Shown here one piece after another: positions 26,136 to 37,448 of a stretch of 51,980 nucleotides of DNA. The position numbers were made by a program, and so were the translations under genes. Origin of the DNA: Candidatus Gallacutalibacter pullistercoris (GTDB lineage Bacteria; Bacillota; Clostridia; Oscillospirales; Acutalibacteraceae); contig DVIY01000014.1 in assembly GCA_018710915.1 (NCBI GenBank), positions 1 to 51,980 of the forward strand, written 5' to 3'. Position 1 is the stretch's first letter. Every line of letters begins with the position of its first letter. The notes beneath the pieces are model-generated. The model saw only the letters and a list, made by a program, of their open reading frames with translations, had not been told where the DNA came from and searched no databases.

Positions 26136-26477
26136 TTACAGCAGCTCAATGATAGCCATTTCAGCAGCATCGCCGCGACGCGGTCCAAGCTTTGTGATGC
26201 GGGTATAGCCGCCATTGCGGTCCGCATACTTGGGAGCGATCTCGGTGAACAGGCTGTGCGCAACAGCTTCCTTGGTAACAAAGCCATTGACCAGTCTCTG
26301 GTTGTGCACATTGTTCTCCTTGGCAATGGTGATCATTTTTTCCGCCAGTGCGCGAACTTCCTTTGCGCGGGTAGCGGTGGTCTCGATCTTGCCGTTTTCC
26401 AGCAGGAACGTTACCATTGCACGCAGCATTGCGGTTCTATGAGCAGTGTCTCTTCCGAGCTTTCTGGTTCCGGGCAT
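26136..26477 (-). CDS. rplQ: 50S ribosomal protein L17
   Basis: [22 protein letters not shown]...; position after rpoA. Confidence 0.95.
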   Translation of the reverse strand: MPGTRKLGRDTAHRTAMLRAMVTFLLENGKIETTATRAKEVRALAEKMITIAKENNVHNQRLVNGFVTKEAVAHSLFTEIAPKYADRNGGYTRITKLGPRRGDAAEMAIIELL

Positions 26478-26530
26478 CGAAATTTCACTCCTTTTACGTT
26501 AAATAGTTTCAGTTCCGGCAGGTATGCCGT

Positions 26531-27484
26531 TTATTCCTCATCCTTGCGCAGATTAAAGCCCAAAGAGGCCATCTTCCACACAACTTCTTCAAGGGACTTG
26601 CGGCCCAGGTTACGGACCTTCATCATATCCTCTTCGGACTTGTTGATGAGGTCTTCCACCGTATTAATGCCGGCACGCTTTAAGCAGTTGAAGGAGCGAA
26701 CCGAGAGATCCAGCTCTTCAATGGTCATTTCCAGTACCTTTTCCTTGCCCTTATCATCCTTCTCCACCATGATCTCGGTGCTGCTGCCCTTATCGGACAG
26801 GTCAACAAACAGGTTCAGGTGTTCGGTAAGAACTTTTGCAGCCAAAGAAACGGCTTCCTGTGCACTGATGACACCATTGGTCCAAACCTCCAGTGTCAGC
26901 TTGTCAAAGTCAATGCTCTGACCAACGCGGGTGCTTTCCACGTTGAAATTAACCTTCAGAACGGGGGTGTAGATGGAGTCTACCGGCAACTCGCCGATCA
27001 CACCTGCAGGCATGCTCTGCTTGTTGCGGTCACCGCTGACATAGCCGCGGCCCTTATCCAGAGTCAGCTCCATATACAGCTTAGCACCCTCGCCCAAGGT
27101 AGCAATGTGCATCTCAGGATTCAGGATCTCAACCTCGCTGTCGCACTTGATAGAGTCAGCCGTAACCTCGCACGGACCCTCGGCGCAGATCTCCACCGTT
27201 TTGGGGCCGTCGCAGTGCAGCTTGGCGGTCAAACCCTTGATATTGAGCACGATCTCGGTGACATCCTCTTTCACACCGGGAATGGTGGAAAACTCATGCA
27301 CAACGCCGTCGATCTTGATGGACTTTACAGCAACGCCCGGCAGGCTGGAAAGCAGCACACGGCGCAGGCCGTTGCCCAAAGTGGTACCGAAACCCCTTTC
27401 CAGAGGCTCTACCACGAAGCGGCCGTAAGTTCCGTTGTTTGATAACTCTTCCGTTTCGATTCTGGGCTTCTCAATCTCGATCAT
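26531..27484 (-). CDS. rpoA: DNA-directed RNA polymerase subunit alpha
   Basis: [10 protein letters not shown]...[31 protein letters not shown]; C-terminal HhH domain [16 protein letters not shown]. Confidence 0.97.
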   Translation of the reverse strand: MIEIEKPRIETEELSNNGTYGRFVVEPLERGFGTTLGNGLRRVLLSSLPGVAVKSIKIDGVVHEFSTIPGVKEDVTEIVLNIKGLTAKLHCDGPKTVEICAEGPCEVTADSIKCDSEVEILNPEMHIATLGEGAKLYMELTLDKGRGYVSGDRNKQSMPAGVIGELPVDSIYTPVLKVNFNVESTRVGQSIDFDKLTLEVWTNGVISAQEAVSLAAKVLTEHLNLFVDLSDKGSSTEIMVEKDDKGKEKVLEMTIEELDLSVRSFNCLKRAGINTVEDLINKSEEDMMKVRNLGRKSLEEVVWKMASLGFNLRKDEE

Positions 27485-27568
27485 TTGCGAACCTCCTTCA
27501 CTCGATGGCGAACCGGAACTCTCCGGCCCGCCGTACCATCAGCCAGCTTTGTTTCTGTACTGAAGGGA

Positions 27569-28195
27569 TTACTTGGAGTACAACTCAACGATGAGCGTTT
27601 CGTCAACTTCAAGGTCAATATCCTCACGAGCAGGAACGGCAACGATCTTGCCTTCCAGGTTTTCGCGGTTCACTTCCAGCCACTTGGGGCAGGGACGTGC
27701 AGCATTCTCTTCCACAACAGCCTTGATTTTGGCGCTCTGGCGGCTGTTCTCACGAATGGAAACAACCTCGCCTACGCGGGTCAGGTAGGAAGGGATGTCA
27801 ACGCGCTTACCGTTCACGTTGAAATGGCCGTGAACAACCAGCTGGCGGGCTTCTGCGCGGGAGCTGGCCCAACCCAGACGATAGACAACATTATCCAGAC
27901 GGCTTTCCAGGATCTTCAGCAGGTTCTCACCGGTCTTGCCTTCCATCTTGGTAGCCATCTCATAATAAGCGCGGAACTGGCCTTCCAGCACGCCATAGTA
28001 GCGGCGGGCGACCTGCTTGGCACGCAGCTGCATGCCGTACTCAGAGGTCTTCTTGCGGCCCTGGCCATGCTGGCCGGGAGCATAAGCTCTGCGGTTGAGA
28101 GCGCACTTATCTGTGTAGCATCTCTGGCCCTTCAGGAACAGCTTCTGGCCCTCGCGGCGGCACAGCTTGCACACAGCTTCTGTATATCTTGCCAT
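27569..28195 (-). CDS. rpsD: 30S ribosomal protein S4
   Basis: [23 protein letters not shown]... Confidence 0.96.
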   Translation of the reverse strand: MARYTEAVCKLCRREGQKLFLKGQRCYTDKCALNRRAYAPGQHGQGRKKTSEYGMQLRAKQVARRYYGVLEGQFRAYYEMATKMEGKTGENLLKILESRLDNVVYRLGWASSRAEARQLVVHGHFNVNGKRVDIPSYLTRVGEVVSIRENSRQSAKIKAVVEENAARPCPKWLEVNRENLEGKIVAVPAREDIDLEVDETLIVELYSK

Positions 28196-28231
28196 AGTTA
28201 ACGTGGCACCTCCTAATACTCGATGTTGTGA

Positions 28232-28636
28232 TTATACGCGTCTTCTCTTGGGGGGGCGGCAACCGTTGTGGGGGATGGGGGTCACGTCTTTAATCATGCT
28301 GACCTCCAGGCCTGCTCCCTGCAGAGCGCGGATTGCAGCCTCACGGCCTGCGCCGGGGCCCTTCACATAGACCTCAACGGTCTTCATGCCATGCTCCATC
28401 GCCAGCTTGGCTGCGGTTTCAGCAGCTGTCTGAGCGGCGAAGGGGGTGGACTTACGGCTGCCTCTGAAGCCCAGCTCACCGGAGCTTGCCCAGGAAACAG
28501 CGTTGCCCTGCATATCGGTAATGGTAACTATGGTGTTGTTAAAAGTGGACTGGATGTGCGCAGCACCGCGGTCGATATTTTTGCGCTCGCGGCGTCTGCG
28601 AACTGCGGTAACTTTCTTACCCTTTTGTGCTGCCAT
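28232..28636 (-). CDS. rpsK: 30S ribosomal protein S11
   Basis: ...[26 protein letters not shown]...[13 protein letters not shown]. Confidence 0.96.
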   Translation of the reverse strand: MAAQKGKKVTAVRRRRERKNIDRGAAHIQSTFNNTIVTITDMQGNAVSWASSGELGFRGSRKSTPFAAQTAAETAAKLAMEHGMKTVEVYVKGPGAGREAAIRALQGAGLEVSMIKDVTPIPHNGCRPPKRRRV

Positions 28637-28655
28637 CGGTTAATCCCTCCCTGTC

Positions 28656-29024
28656 TTACTTCTTCTTGTTGGCCATGGTCTTTCTGGGACCTTTGCGGGT
28701 ACGGGCGTTGGTCTTGCTGCGCTGTCCTCTTACGGGCAGTCCCTTGCGGTGACGCACGCCGCGATAGCAGCCGATTTCAATGAGTCTCTTAATGTCAAAC
28801 GCAACGTCGCGGCGAAGGTCGCCTTCCACGCGGCAGTTGTGGTCGATATACTCTCTCAGCTTGGCTGCATCATCCTCGGAGAGATCTCTCACGCGGACAT
28901 CCGGGTTAACACCGGTAGCCTTGCAGATGTCGGTAGCGGTCTTGCGGCCAATACCGTAAATATAGGTCAAAGCGATCTCGATGCGCTTGTCTCTGGGCAG
29001 GTCAATACCTGAAATACGCGCCAT
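28656..29024 (-). CDS. rpsM: 30S ribosomal protein S13
   Basis: [26 protein letters not shown]... Confidence 0.96.
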   Translation of the reverse strand: MARISGIDLPRDKRIEIALTYIYGIGRKTATDICKATGVNPDVRVRDLSEDDAAKLREYIDHNCRVEGDLRRDVAFDIKRLIEIGCYRGVRHRKGLPVRGQRSKTNARTRKGPRKTMANKKK

Positions 29025-29062
29025 TTGGATAGCACCTCCATGTTAATTTCGGTTTGCGCCAA

Positions 29063-29176
29063 TCAGCCCTGGCGCTGCTTGTGCTTGGGGTTCTCGCAGA
29101 TCACCATAATCTTGCCGTGACGCTTGATGATCTTGCACTTTTCGCACATCTTCTTCACAGAAGGTCTTACTTTCAT
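29063..29176 (-). CDS. rpmJ: 50S ribosomal protein L36
   Basis: Not in the ORF track (37 aa). Hand translation gives [37 protein letters not shown]. Canonical position between infA and rpsM. Confidence 0.93.
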   Translation of the reverse strand: MKVRPSVKKMCEKCKIIKRHGKIMVICENPKHKQRQG

Positions 29177-29227
29177 TTTGTGCGCCCTCCTTTTAATCAG
29201 TGGGTTATATCGTAAATTCGATTGGTG

Positions 29228-29446
29228 TTATTTAGAACGCCAGGTGATGCGGCCTCTGGTCAGGTCATAGGGAGACATCTCTACTGTAACCTTATCGCCG
29301 GGAAGGATGCGGATGAAGTTCATACGCAGCTTACCAGAAATATGAGCCAGAATTGTGTGGCCATTGGGAAGCTCCACCTGGAACATCGCGTTGGGAAGGG
29401 CCTCTTTTACAACGCCCTCCAGTTCAATTACATCCTGCTTTGACAT
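29228..29446 (-). CDS. infA: Translation initiation factor IF-1
   Basis: [75 protein letters not shown] at 29446 follows AGGAGG. The 129-aa ORF in the track is an upstream extension. Confidence 0.95.
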   Translation of the reverse strand: MSKQDVIELEGVVKEALPNAMFQVELPNGHTILAHISGKLRMNFIRILPGDKVTVEMSPYDLTRGRITWRSK

Positions 29447-29468
29447 GACTGAACCTCCTGGTACCATT

Positions 29469-29717
29469 TCAGCCCTTTTCCACAAAGGGGCGAAGGGCAT
29501 TTCGCAGTTTGCGGTTGGTTTCCATCTGTTCTTCCGAAAGAACGGTGTCTGTCGGCGCCAGATGGATCTGCTTTTTCCGCTTGGGTTTTGTAAGCGGACG
29601 GCGCTTTCCGTCCGCAATGATTGCCCAGCCGTCCCCAGCTTCGAGGACTGCCAGAAAATCGCCTTTGTCGTGTCCCGCGCGGGCGCGTACCACCAGACCT
29701 CTTACATACTCTGCCAT
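29469..29717 (-). CDS. Small KOW-domain RNA-binding protein (the map-infA spacer gene typical of Firmicutes)
   Basis: 82 aa, [22 protein letters not shown] (KOW-like). Conserved position between map and infA. Confidence 0.6.
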   Translation of the reverse strand: MAEYVRGLVVRARAGHDKGDFLAVLEAGDGWAIIADGKRRPLTKPKRKKQIHLAPTDTVLSEEQMETNRKLRNALRPFVEKG

Positions 29718-29726
29718 ATTGCCTCC

Positions 29727-30479
29727 TTATTCCGGCTTTGTGAGAATCACAGGGCCGTCGGGGGTGATGGCGATGGTATGCTCAAAGTGGGCTGACAGCT
29801 TGCCGTCCCGGGTGACCGTTGTCCAGCCGTCTTTCTGAACCTGGACTTCGTGCCGCCCCTGGTTTACCATCGGCTCAATGGCGATGGTCATGCCCGGCAG
29901 CAGGCGCACACCTCTTCCCGGTGTGCCGTAATTGGGTACGCTAGGGTCTTCATGCAGCTTCGCGCCTACTCCGTGGCCGACAAAATCCCGTACCACCGAG
30001 TAACCGCGCGCTTCGACATACCGCTGCACCGCACTGCCGATATCTCCCAGGCGGTTCCCGGCTTTGGCCTGTTGAATACCCTCATACAGGCTTTCGCGCG
30101 TAGCGTCCAGAAGCCGCTGTGCTTCTGCGGAAATATCACCGCAGGCGAAGGTATAGGCATTGTCGCCATTAAATCCTTCGTAGATGGCCCCGATGTCGAT
30201 GCTTACAATGTCGCCAGCCTTAATAATCTGGCGTTTAGACGGTATGCCGTGGATCACCACGTTATTCACCGATATACAGGCGCTGGCAGGGAAGCCGCCG
30301 TACCCCAGAAAACTGGGGACGGCTCCCTGTGATTCGATATACTTCCGGGCGACACGGTCGATCTCCCAGGTAGAAACCCCAGGTTCGACCGCCTCACCGG
30401 CAACTTTCAGCGCCATTGCAGAAATCCGTCCGGCCTCCCGCATAATTGCGAGCTCCCGGCTGGTCTTCAATACAATCAT
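29727..30479 (-). CDS. map: Type I methionyl aminopeptidase
   Basis: Metal ligands in GDIVSIDIG, FVGHGVG and IAIEPM..., FEHT. 250 aa. Confidence 0.95.
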   Translation of the reverse strand: MIVLKTSRELAIMREAGRISAMALKVAGEAVEPGVSTWEIDRVARKYIESQGAVPSFLGYGGFPASACISVNNVVIHGIPSKRQIIKAGDIVSIDIGAIYEGFNGDNAYTFACGDISAEAQRLLDATRESLYEGIQQAKAGNRLGDIGSAVQRYVEARGYSVVRDFVGHGVGAKLHEDPSVPNYGTPGRGVRLLPGMTIAIEPMVNQGRHEVQVQKDGWTTVTRDGKLSAHFEHTIAITPDGPVILTKPE

Positions 30480-30481
30480 GC

Positions 30482-31114
30482 TTACGCCTCAATGGCTGCA
30501 AGAGTCAGGCGGCTGGTATCAGCCACTTCCTCCTGCCCCTCTACGATCTTCAGCTTGCCCTGTTTCTCGTAGTAGGCCTTGAGGGGTTCAGTCTGCTCGT
30601 GGTAAACGTGCAGACGTTCCAGCACAGTATCGGGGTGGTCATCCTTGCGCTGAACAAGGGTGCCTCCGCATTTGCCGCAAACGCCTTCTACCTCGGGCTT
30701 CTTATAAAGCAGGTGGTAGCTGGCGCCGCACTTTTCGCAGACACGGCGTCCGGACATACGGGTAACGATCTTCTCATCGGGAACCTCGATATCGATAACC
30801 CGGTCGATGATCACACCCATAGCATCCAGAGCCTCGGCCTGAGGGATGGTGCGGGGGAATCCGTCCAGAATAAAGCCGTTTTTGCAGTCATCCTGAGCCA
30901 GACGGTCTTTGATGATGCCGATAACGACTTCATCGGGAACCAGCTTGCCTTCGTCCATATAGGACTTGGCTTTCAGCCCCATCTCCGTACCGCTTTTCAG
31001 CGCTTCGCGGATAATATTGCCTGTAGAAATTGCAGGGATAGAGAGTTTCTCACAGATAACCTCTGCCTGCGTGCCTTTGCCGGCGCCGGGGGCGCCAAGA
31101 AGAATCAGCTTCAT
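30482..31114 (-). CDS. adk: Adenylate kinase (zinc-lid form)
   Basis: [16 protein letters not shown]; lid with CEKCG...CGKCGG. Confidence 0.96.
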   Translation of the reverse strand: MKLILLGAPGAGKGTQAEVICEKLSIPAISTGNIIREALKSGTEMGLKAKSYMDEGKLVPDEVVIGIIKDRLAQDDCKNGFILDGFPRTIPQAEALDAMGVIIDRVIDIEVPDEKIVTRMSGRRVCEKCGASYHLLYKKPEVEGVCGKCGGTLVQRKDDHPDTVLERLHVYHEQTEPLKAYYEKQGKLKIVEGQEEVADTSRLTLAAIEA

Positions 31115-31136
31115 AATTTTTTTGCTCCTTCCAGTA

Positions 31137-32453
31137 TTAATCGAGGAAGCCCTTATAATGACGCATCATCATCTGGGATTCCATCTGTTTCACCGTTTCG
31201 AGAGCAACGCCCACCATGATGATGACGGAAGTACCGCCCATGGAGAGACGTCCCAGACCCGTGATATTGCCATACACAATCGGCACAATAGCGATGAACG
31301 CCAGGAACAGAGCGCCGATCAATGTAATTTTTGCAAGGATCTTGCTGATAAATTCAGCAGTCGGCTTGCCGGGACGAATGCCGGGAATGGTTCCGTTATT
31401 CTGGCGCAGGTTATTGGCCATTTCAATCGGATTGTACTGAATGGTCATATAGAAATATGCAAACACCAGAATCAGGAAGAAATACAAAATGGAATACAGC
31501 CAGCCGGTGGAAGAGAAGGCATCGAAGAAGCCTTTCCAGAATCCCTCAACAGAACTGCCCATAAAAAGCTGAATCGTACTGGGAATCGAAAGAATTGAGC
31601 TGGCGAAGATAACAGGCATCACGCCGCTCATGCCCACCTTGATGGGCATATGGGTGGACTGGCCGCCATACATCTTCCGGCCCACCACGCGCTTAGCGTA
31701 CTGAATCGGAATCCGGCGCTCGGCGTCGTTCATGAAAACGATCACCCAGATTACCGCAAGGAACAGGACAATCCACAGAGGAGCCAGTACATAGAACTGG
31801 CCATAGGTTTCAGGGGCCTCATTTGCCATGGTAATGTATGCCCACAGCTGCTCGCCTGTATAGGGCAAACGAGCTACAATGCCGGCAAACAGCAGAATCG
31901 AGATACCATTGCCGATACCCTTCTGGTTGATCTGCTCGCCCAGCCACATCATCAATGCAGTACCTGCTGTAAACACGAGGATAATCACGATTGCAGCAAA
32001 TACCTGGCCGAAACCATCGTTATAAAGGGTAATATTGTTATTGCGCAGATAGAAGAAATATGCAGTGCCCTGAATCAGGCCCAGAATCACCGTGACATAA
32101 CGAGTGATTGCACTGATCTTTTTCCTTCCCTCTTCCCCTTCTCGGGAAAGACGCTCCAGCGGCGGAATCGCCACTGTGAGCAGCTGCATAATGATGGAAG
32201 AGTTGATGTACGGGGTAACGCCCATAGCAAACAGGGTTGCCTGTGCAAAGGCGCCGCCGGTCATCATGTTGGCATAACTCACCAGGCTGCCCTGCGCATC
32301 TACGTAATCCATCAGCTCTTTCAGAGCCTGTACATCCAGGAACGGAACGGGGATAACCGAACCGAACCTGAATACGACAATAATCAACAGGGTAAAAAGG
32401 ATCTTCTTGCGGAGATCCGGGATTTTCCAAGCGTTCTTAATAGTGTTGAACAA
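31137..32453 (-). CDS. secY: Preprotein translocase subunit SecY
   Basis: 438-aa ten-TM protein; position between rplO and adk. Confidence 0.96.
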   Translation of the reverse strand: MFNTIKNAWKIPDLRKKILFTLLIIVVFRFGSVIPVPFLDVQALKELMDYVDAQGSLVSYANMMTGGAFAQATLFAMGVTPYINSSIIMQLLTVAIPPLERLSREGEEGRKKISAITRYVTVILGLIQGTAYFFYLRNNNITLYNDGFGQVFAAIVIILVFTAGTALMMWLGEQINQKGIGNGISILLFAGIVARLPYTGEQLWAYITMANEAPETYGQFYVLAPLWIVLFLAVIWVIVFMNDAERRIPIQYAKRVVGRKMYGGQSTHMPIKVGMSGVMPVIFASSILSIPSTIQLFMGSSVEGFWKGFFDAFSSTGWLYSILYFFLILVFAYFYMTIQYNPIEMANNLRQNNGTIPGIRPGKPTAEFISKILAKITLIGALFLAFIAIVPIVYGNITGLGRLSMGGTSVIIMVGVALETVKQMESQMMMRHYKGFLD

Positions 32454-32454
32454 C

Positions 32455-32895
32455 TCAGATCACCTCTGCCTTCCCACCTGCAGCTTCGATTTTCTCTTTC
32501 GCAGCAGCGGAGAAAGCGTTCACCTTCACGGTCAGGCTTTTGCTCAGCTTACCATTGGACAGGATCTTCACACCGTCGCAAACGGTCTTTACCAGACCAG
32601 CGTCGATGAGAGCCTGGGTATCAACAACAGCGCCATTCTCGAAGCACTCCAGAGCGCCAACGTTGATAGCAACGATCTTCGAAGCGAAGATGTTGTTAAA
32701 CCCTCTCTTGGGAATTCTTCTCTGCAGGGGCATCTGGCCGCCTTCAAAACCAGGGCGGAATCCGCGGCCTGCACGGGCCTTCTGGCCCTTATGACCCTTA
32801 CCAGCGGTCTTTCCCTGGCCAGAGCCATGGCCTCTGCCGATACGCTTGGACTCTTTTGTAGAACCGGGGACCGCAGTCAGTTCATGCAACTTCAT
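32455..32895 (-). CDS. rplO: 50S ribosomal protein L15
   Basis: [41 protein letters not shown]. Confidence 0.96.
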   Translation of the reverse strand: MKLHELTAVPGSTKESKRIGRGHGSGQGKTAGKGHKGQKARAGRGFRPGFEGGQMPLQRRIPKRGFNNIFASKIVAINVGALECFENGAVVDTQALIDAGLVKTVCDGVKILSNGKLSKSLTVKVNAFSAAAKEKIEAAGGKAEVI

Positions 32896-32928
32896 TTTAC
32901 TCGCACCTCCTTGTTCGTTTCTGACAGA

Positions 32929-33105
32929 TTACTTGCTCACTTCGACGAGGTGGATAATCTTTGCCACCTTGCCCTGCGTCTGGGCATTGTCGGGCTGCGT
33001 GGTGCAGTCGCCGATCTTCTTCAGACCCAGTGCGTGGGCGGTTGCAATCTGGTCCTTCTTGCAGCCGATCAGGCTTTTGACCAGCTTCACGTTAATCTGT
33101 TCCAT
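32929..33105 (-). CDS. rpmD: 50S ribosomal protein L30
   Basis: MEQINVKLVKSLIGCKKDQIATAHALGLKKIGD... (58 aa). ATG at 33105 follows GGGAGG. The track ORF is over-extended. Confidence 0.9.
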   Translation of the reverse strand: MEQINVKLVKSLIGCKKDQIATAHALGLKKIGDCTTQPDNAQTQGKVAKIIHLVEVSK

Positions 33106-33119
33106 GTTGCAAACCTCCC

Positions 33120-33617
33120 TTACAGAATGTCTTTCACGGACTTGCCGCGAACAGCTGCAACTTCCTCTGCGGTGCGCAGCTGAGCAAGACCTGCCAGCGT
33201 GGCGCGGACGACGTTGCACGGATTGTTGGAACGCAGAGCCTTGGTACGGATGTCCTTAATGCCTACGCTTTCAACAACGGCACGGACCGGGCCGCCGGCG
33301 ATAACGCCGGTACCGGGAGCAGCGGGCTTGAGCAGGACACGGCCTGCGCCAAACTCACCGATAATCTCGTGGGGGATAGTAGTTCCGCGGAGAGAAACCT
33401 TCATCAGGTTCTTCTTGGCATCCTCGATGCCCTTGCGGATAGCGTCCGGAACTTCGCCGGCCTTGCCGATACCGAAGCCGACAATGCCGTTTCCGTCGCC
33501 AACAACGACCAGAGCAGCGAACTTGAAGATACGGCCGCCCTTTACGGTCTTGGAAACGCGGTTGATGGCAACCACGCGCTCTTTCAATTCCATGGTGGAA
33601 GCGTCAATTCTAGCCAA
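33120..33617 (-). CDS. rpsE: 30S ribosomal protein S5
   Basis: ...[31 protein letters not shown]. Confidence 0.96.
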   Translation of the reverse strand: MARIDASTMELKERVVAINRVSKTVKGGRIFKFAALVVVGDGNGIVGFGIGKAGEVPDAIRKGIEDAKKNLMKVSLRGTTIPHEIIGEFGAGRVLLKPAAPGTGVIAGGPVRAVVESVGIKDIRTKALRSNNPCNVVRATLAGLAQLRTAEEVAAVRGKSVKDIL

Positions 33618-33632
33618 AAGTATTCCTCCTTA

Positions 33633-33992
33633 TCAGAACTTGAGGCCGCCCTCACGGGCGCCTTCGGCCAGCTCTTTGACGCGGCCGTGGAAAATATAGC
33701 CGCCGCGGTCAAAAACGACCTCGGTGATTCCTTTTTCTGCGGCACGCTTAGCGATCATCTCGCCGACCTTGCGTGCAGCTTCCTTGTTACCGCCATTACC
33801 GGTGAACTCCTTATCCAAAGTGGATGCAGCGCACAGGGTAACGCCCTTCACATCGTCGATGATCTGAGCGTAGATGTTGCTGCTGGAGCGGAACACGTTC
33901 AGGCGCGGGCGGGAAGCGGTGCCCGAAATCTTACCGCGCACTCTCTTGTGGCGGGTCAGTCTGGCCTTGTTGCTGTCAGCCTTATTCACCAT
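33633..33992 (-). CDS. rplR: 50S ribosomal protein L18
   Basis: ...[34 protein letters not shown]. Confidence 0.96.
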   Translation of the reverse strand: MVNKADSNKARLTRHKRVRGKISGTASRPRLNVFRSSSNIYAQIIDDVKGVTLCAASTLDKEFTGNGGNKEAARKVGEMIAKRAAEKGITEVVFDRGGYIFHGRVKELAEGAREGGLKF

Positions 33993-34006
33993 TTGTCATT
34001 CACTCC

Positions 34007-34555
34007 TTACTTCTTAGAGCCCTTACCGGCCTTGCCTTCCTTGCGGCGGATCACTTCGCCAGCGTACTTAATGCCCTTGCCCTTATACGGCTCCGGCGGA
34101 CGCTTCTCGCGGACTTCCGCTGCAAACTGACCAACCTTCTGCTTATCGGGCCCCAGAATCACGATGGAGTTGGGGTTCGGCACCTCGATGGTGATGCCGT
34201 CCTTCTCGCTCATGATGACCTGATGGGAATAGCCCAGGTTCATGACCAGGTTTTTGCCCTGCTTCTGTACACGGTAGCCAACGCCGTTGACTTCCAGCTC
34301 CTTCTTAAAGCCCTCGGTCACACCCAGGATCATGTTGTGGATCAGGGTACGGGTCAGGCCGTGCAGGGAGCGATTTTCCTTCTCGTCGTTGGGCCGGGTT
34401 ACGATGACTTCGTTGTTCTCCACCACAATGTTCATGTTCGGGTGGAAAGACTGGTTCAGGGTACCCTTGGGTCCCTTGACAGTCACATCACTGCCGTTGA
34501 CAGTAACTTCAACGCCAGCGGGAATATTTATGGGTTTTCTTCCAATTCGCGACAT
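34007..34555 (-). CDS. rplF: 50S ribosomal protein L6
   Basis: MSRIGRKPINIPAGVEVTVNGSDVTVKGPKG. Confidence 0.96.
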   Translation of the reverse strand: MSRIGRKPINIPAGVEVTVNGSDVTVKGPKGTLNQSFHPNMNIVVENNEVIVTRPNDEKENRSLHGLTRTLIHNMILGVTEGFKKELEVNGVGYRVQKQGKNLVMNLGYSHQVIMSEKDGITIEVPNPNSIVILGPDKQKVGQFAAEVREKRPPEPYKGKGIKYAGEVIRRKEGKAGKGSKK

Positions 34556-34571
34556 AGTTGCACCCCTTATC

Positions 34572-34970
34572 TTACCAAATGAACGCCAGAACTTCGCCGC
34601 CTACGTTCTCCTTGCGGGCCTGACGGTCGGTCATAACGCCCTTGGAAGTGGAGATGATGGCGATACCCAGGCCCTTCATGACCTTGGGCAGCTCTTCTAC
34701 GTTGGAATAAATGCGCAGGCCGGGCTTGGAAACACGGCGCAGTCCCTTGATAACGGGGGTCTTGCCCTCGCCATACTTCAGGACGACCTTAATGATGCCC
34801 TGCTTGCCGTCTTCAGTCACGCTGAAGCTCTTGATATAACCCTCGTCCACCAGGATCTGGCAGATTGCCTTCTTCATGTTGGAAGCGGGGATCTCAACAG
34901 TATCATGCTTTGCGGAAGCCGCATTGCGGATTCTGGTCAGCAGGTCTGCGATAGTATCAGTAATCTGCAT
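34572..34970 (-). CDS. rpsH: 30S ribosomal protein S8
   Basis: [17 protein letters not shown]... Confidence 0.96.
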   Translation of the reverse strand: MQITDTIADLLTRIRNAASAKHDTVEIPASNMKKAICQILVDEGYIKSFSVTEDGKQGIIKVVLKYGEGKTPVIKGLRRVSKPGLRIYSNVEELPKVMKGLGIAIISTSKGVMTDRQARKENVGGEVLAFIW

Positions 34971-35000
34971 GGTGTTACCTCCTTCTCTTCGGCTTTTCGA

Positions 35001-35186
35001 TTACCAGCTTGCCTTTTTCACGCCGGGGATCTCGCCCTTATAGGCCAGCTCGCGGAAGCAAATACGGCAAATACCGAACTTGCGAAGGTAGGCATGAGGC
35101 CGTCCGCAGATCTTGCAGCGGTTGTACTTGCGGGAGGAGAACTTTGCCTCTCTCTGTTGCTTCAGTTTCATAGAAGTCTTGGCCAC
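35001..35186 (-). CDS. rpsZ: 30S ribosomal protein S14, type Z (zinc-binding, 61 aa)
   Basis: [61 protein letters not shown] (CxxC...CxxC). Confidence 0.95.
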   Translation of the reverse strand: MAKTSMKLKQQREAKFSSRKYNRCKICGRPHAYLRKFGICRICFRELAYKGEIPGVKKASW

Positions 35187-35198
35187 AATAATCCCTCC

Positions 35199-35738
35199 TT
35201 ATTTCGCAAACGGGGCGCCCATGAGCGTCAGCAGCTCGCGGGATTCCTCGTCGGTGGTAGCGGTGGTTACAAAGCAGATGTCCATACCGCGGACCTTGTC
35301 GATCTTGTCGTACTCGATCTCGGGGAAGATCAGCTGCTCTTTGATACCCATGTTGTAGTTGCCGCGGCCGTCGAAAGAGTTGGGGTTGATACCGCGGAAG
35401 TCACGCACGCGGGGGAGCGCAACGTTGAACAGTCTGTCCATGAACTCGTACATGCGGTCGCCGCGCAGGGTAACCTTCACGCCAATGTTCATGCCTGCAC
35501 GCAGCTTGAAGTTTGCAACGGACTTCTTTGCTTTGCAGACCATGGGCTTCTGGCCGGTGATAGCGGCCAGGTCGGTGGAAATGCTGTCGATGACCTTGGA
35601 GTTGTCCTTGGCCTCGCCAGCGCCGACGTTGATCACAATCTTGTCAAGCTTCGGGATCTGCATCACGCTCTTGTAGGAGAACTTCTTCATCAGAGCGGGA
35701 GCAACCTCCTGCTTGTAGTAGTCCTTCAATCTTGCCAT
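35199..35738 (-). CDS. rplE: 50S ribosomal protein L5
   Basis: [42 protein letters not shown] at 35738 follows GGAGG. The track ORF is over-extended. Confidence 0.95.
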   Translation of the reverse strand: MARLKDYYKQEVAPALMKKFSYKSVMQIPKLDKIVINVGAGEAKDNSKVIDSISTDLAAITGQKPMVCKAKKSVANFKLRAGMNIGVKVTLRGDRMYEFMDRLFNVALPRVRDFRGINPNSFDGRGNYNMGIKEQLIFPEIEYDKIDKVRGMDICFVTTATTDEESRELLTLMGAPFAK

Positions 35739-35752
35739 TCGTCTTTCCTCCC

Positions 35753-36070
35753 TTACAGCGACTCGCCGCACTTCTTGCAGATGCGGCCCTTGGTGCCGTC
35801 CTCATAGAGCTTGTGGCCCACACGGGTAGGCTTGCCGCAGTGAGGGCAGACGATCTGCACTTTGCAGGCATACATAGCGCCTTCGGCCTTCACGATGCCG
35901 CCCTGCTCGCCCATTCTGCGGGGCTTCACATGCTTGGTCACCATGTTGCGGCCTTCAACAATTACTTTACCCTCTTTGGGGCTGACTGCCAGGACCTTGC
36001 CCTTGCTGCCGCGGTCTTTGCCGCTCAGGATGACGACGGTGTCACCGGTTTTAACATGAACTTTATTCAT
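35753..36070 (-). CDS. rplX: 50S ribosomal protein L24 (with C-terminal four-Cys ribbon)
   Basis: [27 protein letters not shown]...[31 protein letters not shown]. Confidence 0.95.
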   Translation of the reverse strand: MNKVHVKTGDTVVILSGKDRGSKGKVLAVSPKEGKVIVEGRNMVTKHVKPRRMGEQGGIVKAEGAMYACKVQIVCPHCGKPTRVGHKLYEDGTKGRICKKCGESL

Positions 36071-36085
36071 TAGTGAGCACCTCCA

Positions 36086-36454
36086 TTACAGCACTTCGGG
36101 GGCCAGGCTGAGGATCTTCAGGTAATCCTTGTCGCGCAGCTCTCTGGCGACAGGCCCAAAGATACGGGTGCCCCTCGGGTTTTTATCGTCACGGATGATA
36201 ACGGCGGCATTTTCATCAAAACGGATGTAGGTGCCGTCCTCGCGGCGAACGCCGGAAGCGGAACGCACGATTACCGCTTTCACAACGTCGCCCTTTTTCA
36301 CAACGCCGCCGGGTGCTGCTTTTTTAACAGATGCCACCACGACGTCGCCAATATTGGCATACCTTCTGCCGGTGCCGCCCAGAACGCGGATGCACATAAG
36401 CTCCTTCGCGCCGGTGTTGTCGGCTACCTTGAGGTAAGTCTGCTGCTGAATCAC
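36086..36454 (-). CDS. rplN: 50S ribosomal protein L14
   Basis: (GTG start) [27 protein letters not shown]. Confidence 0.96.
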   Translation of the reverse strand: MIQQQTYLKVADNTGAKELMCIRVLGGTGRRYANIGDVVVASVKKAAPGGVVKKGDVVKAVIVRSASGVRREDGTYIRFDENAAVIIRDDKNPRGTRIFGPVARELRDKDYLKILSLAPEVL

Positions 36455-36543
36455 AGTTCGTTCCTCCTTTACATTGGCGGGGGTTTCCTTCTAAAAAGGA
36501 CCCTTTGCCAAAAAGCCATTTTCTTATCTGAGTGCGAAGGAAA

Positions 36544-36801
36544 TTATTTTGCCTTCTCGATGATCTCGGCTACACGCCATCTCTTGTCCTTGGACAGCGG
36601 GCGGGTCTCCATCAGGCGAACGCGGTCGCCAACTCTGCACTCGTTGTTCTCATCGTGCGCCTTCAGCTTCACAGTGCGCTTGATGATCTTCTTGTAAAGC
36701 GGGTGACGAACGCTGTCTTCGATGGCCACGACAACGGTCTTGTCCATCTTGTCGCTGACAACGCGGCCCACGTTGGTTTTTCTCATGTTTCTGTCGCTCA
36801 C
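36544..36801 (-). CDS. rpsQ: 30S ribosomal protein S17
   Basis: ...[22 protein letters not shown]...HPLYKK. Confidence 0.95.
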   Translation of the reverse strand: MSDRNMRKTNVGRVVSDKMDKTVVVAIEDSVRHPLYKKIIKRTVKLKAHDENNECRVGDRVRLMETRPLSKDKRWRVAEIIEKAK

Positions 36802-36819
36802 AGCTTAACCCTCCCTTTC

Positions 36820-37026
36820 TTATGCGTTAGCGCTGTCTTTCAGCTCGTTTTCGCGGATGATGGTCTTCACGCGGGCGATGTCTTTCTTCACAGCGTTGAT
36901 GCGCATGGGGTTATCCAGCTGGTTGATTGCAAGCTGAAAACGCAGGTTGAAAAGCTCGGCCTTGAGGTCCTTCAGCTTTGCAGTCAGCTCTTCATGGTTC
37001 ATCTCTCTGATCTCTGCGGCCTTCAT
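36820..37026 (-). CDS. rpmC: 50S ribosomal protein L29
   Basis: [33 protein letters not shown]. Confidence 0.94.
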   Translation of the reverse strand: MKAAEIREMNHEELTAKLKDLKAELFNLRFQLAINQLDNPMRINAVKKDIARVKTIIRENELKDSANA

Positions 37027-37448
37027 TACTCTTCACACCCCGTTTCCTTTTTCACAAACTTGCACTTGATGGGCAGCTTGTTGGCAGCCAGACGCATTGC
37101 CTCACGGGCAGTTGCCTCCGGAACATCAGCAATTTCGAACATTACGCGGCCGGGCTTTACCACGGCCACCCAGTACTCGGGAGAACCTTTACCGGAACCC
37201 ATGCGGGTTTCAGCGGGCTTCTCGGTAATGGGCTTATCGGGGAAGATCTTGATCCAGACCTTACCAAAACGCTTGCAGTAACGGGTCATGGCAATACGGG
37301 CAGCCTCGATCTGGTTGGAAGTGATCCAGGAGGGCTCCAGAGCCTGAAGACCATACTCACCGTAAGTCACGGTGTTGCCGCGAAGTGCCTTGCCGGTCAA
37401 ACGGCCGCGATGCACTCTGCGGTATTTCACTCTCTTAGGCAGCAACAT
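37026..37448 (-). CDS. rplP: 50S ribosomal protein L16
   Basis: [21 protein letters not shown]. Confidence 0.96.
   Translation of the reverse strand: MLLPKRVKYRRVHRGRLTGKALRGNTVTYGEYGLQALEPSWITSNQIEAARIAMTRYCKRFGKVWIKIFPDKPITEKPAETRMGSGKGSPEYWVAVVKPGRVMFEIADVPEATAREAMRLAANKLPIKCKFVKKETGCEE

Noticed and set aside
34287-35807. 506-aa plus-strand ORF antisense to rplF-rpsH-rpsZ-rplE
   Set aside because: It is antisense to four highly conserved ribosomal protein genes. It is a shadow ORF.
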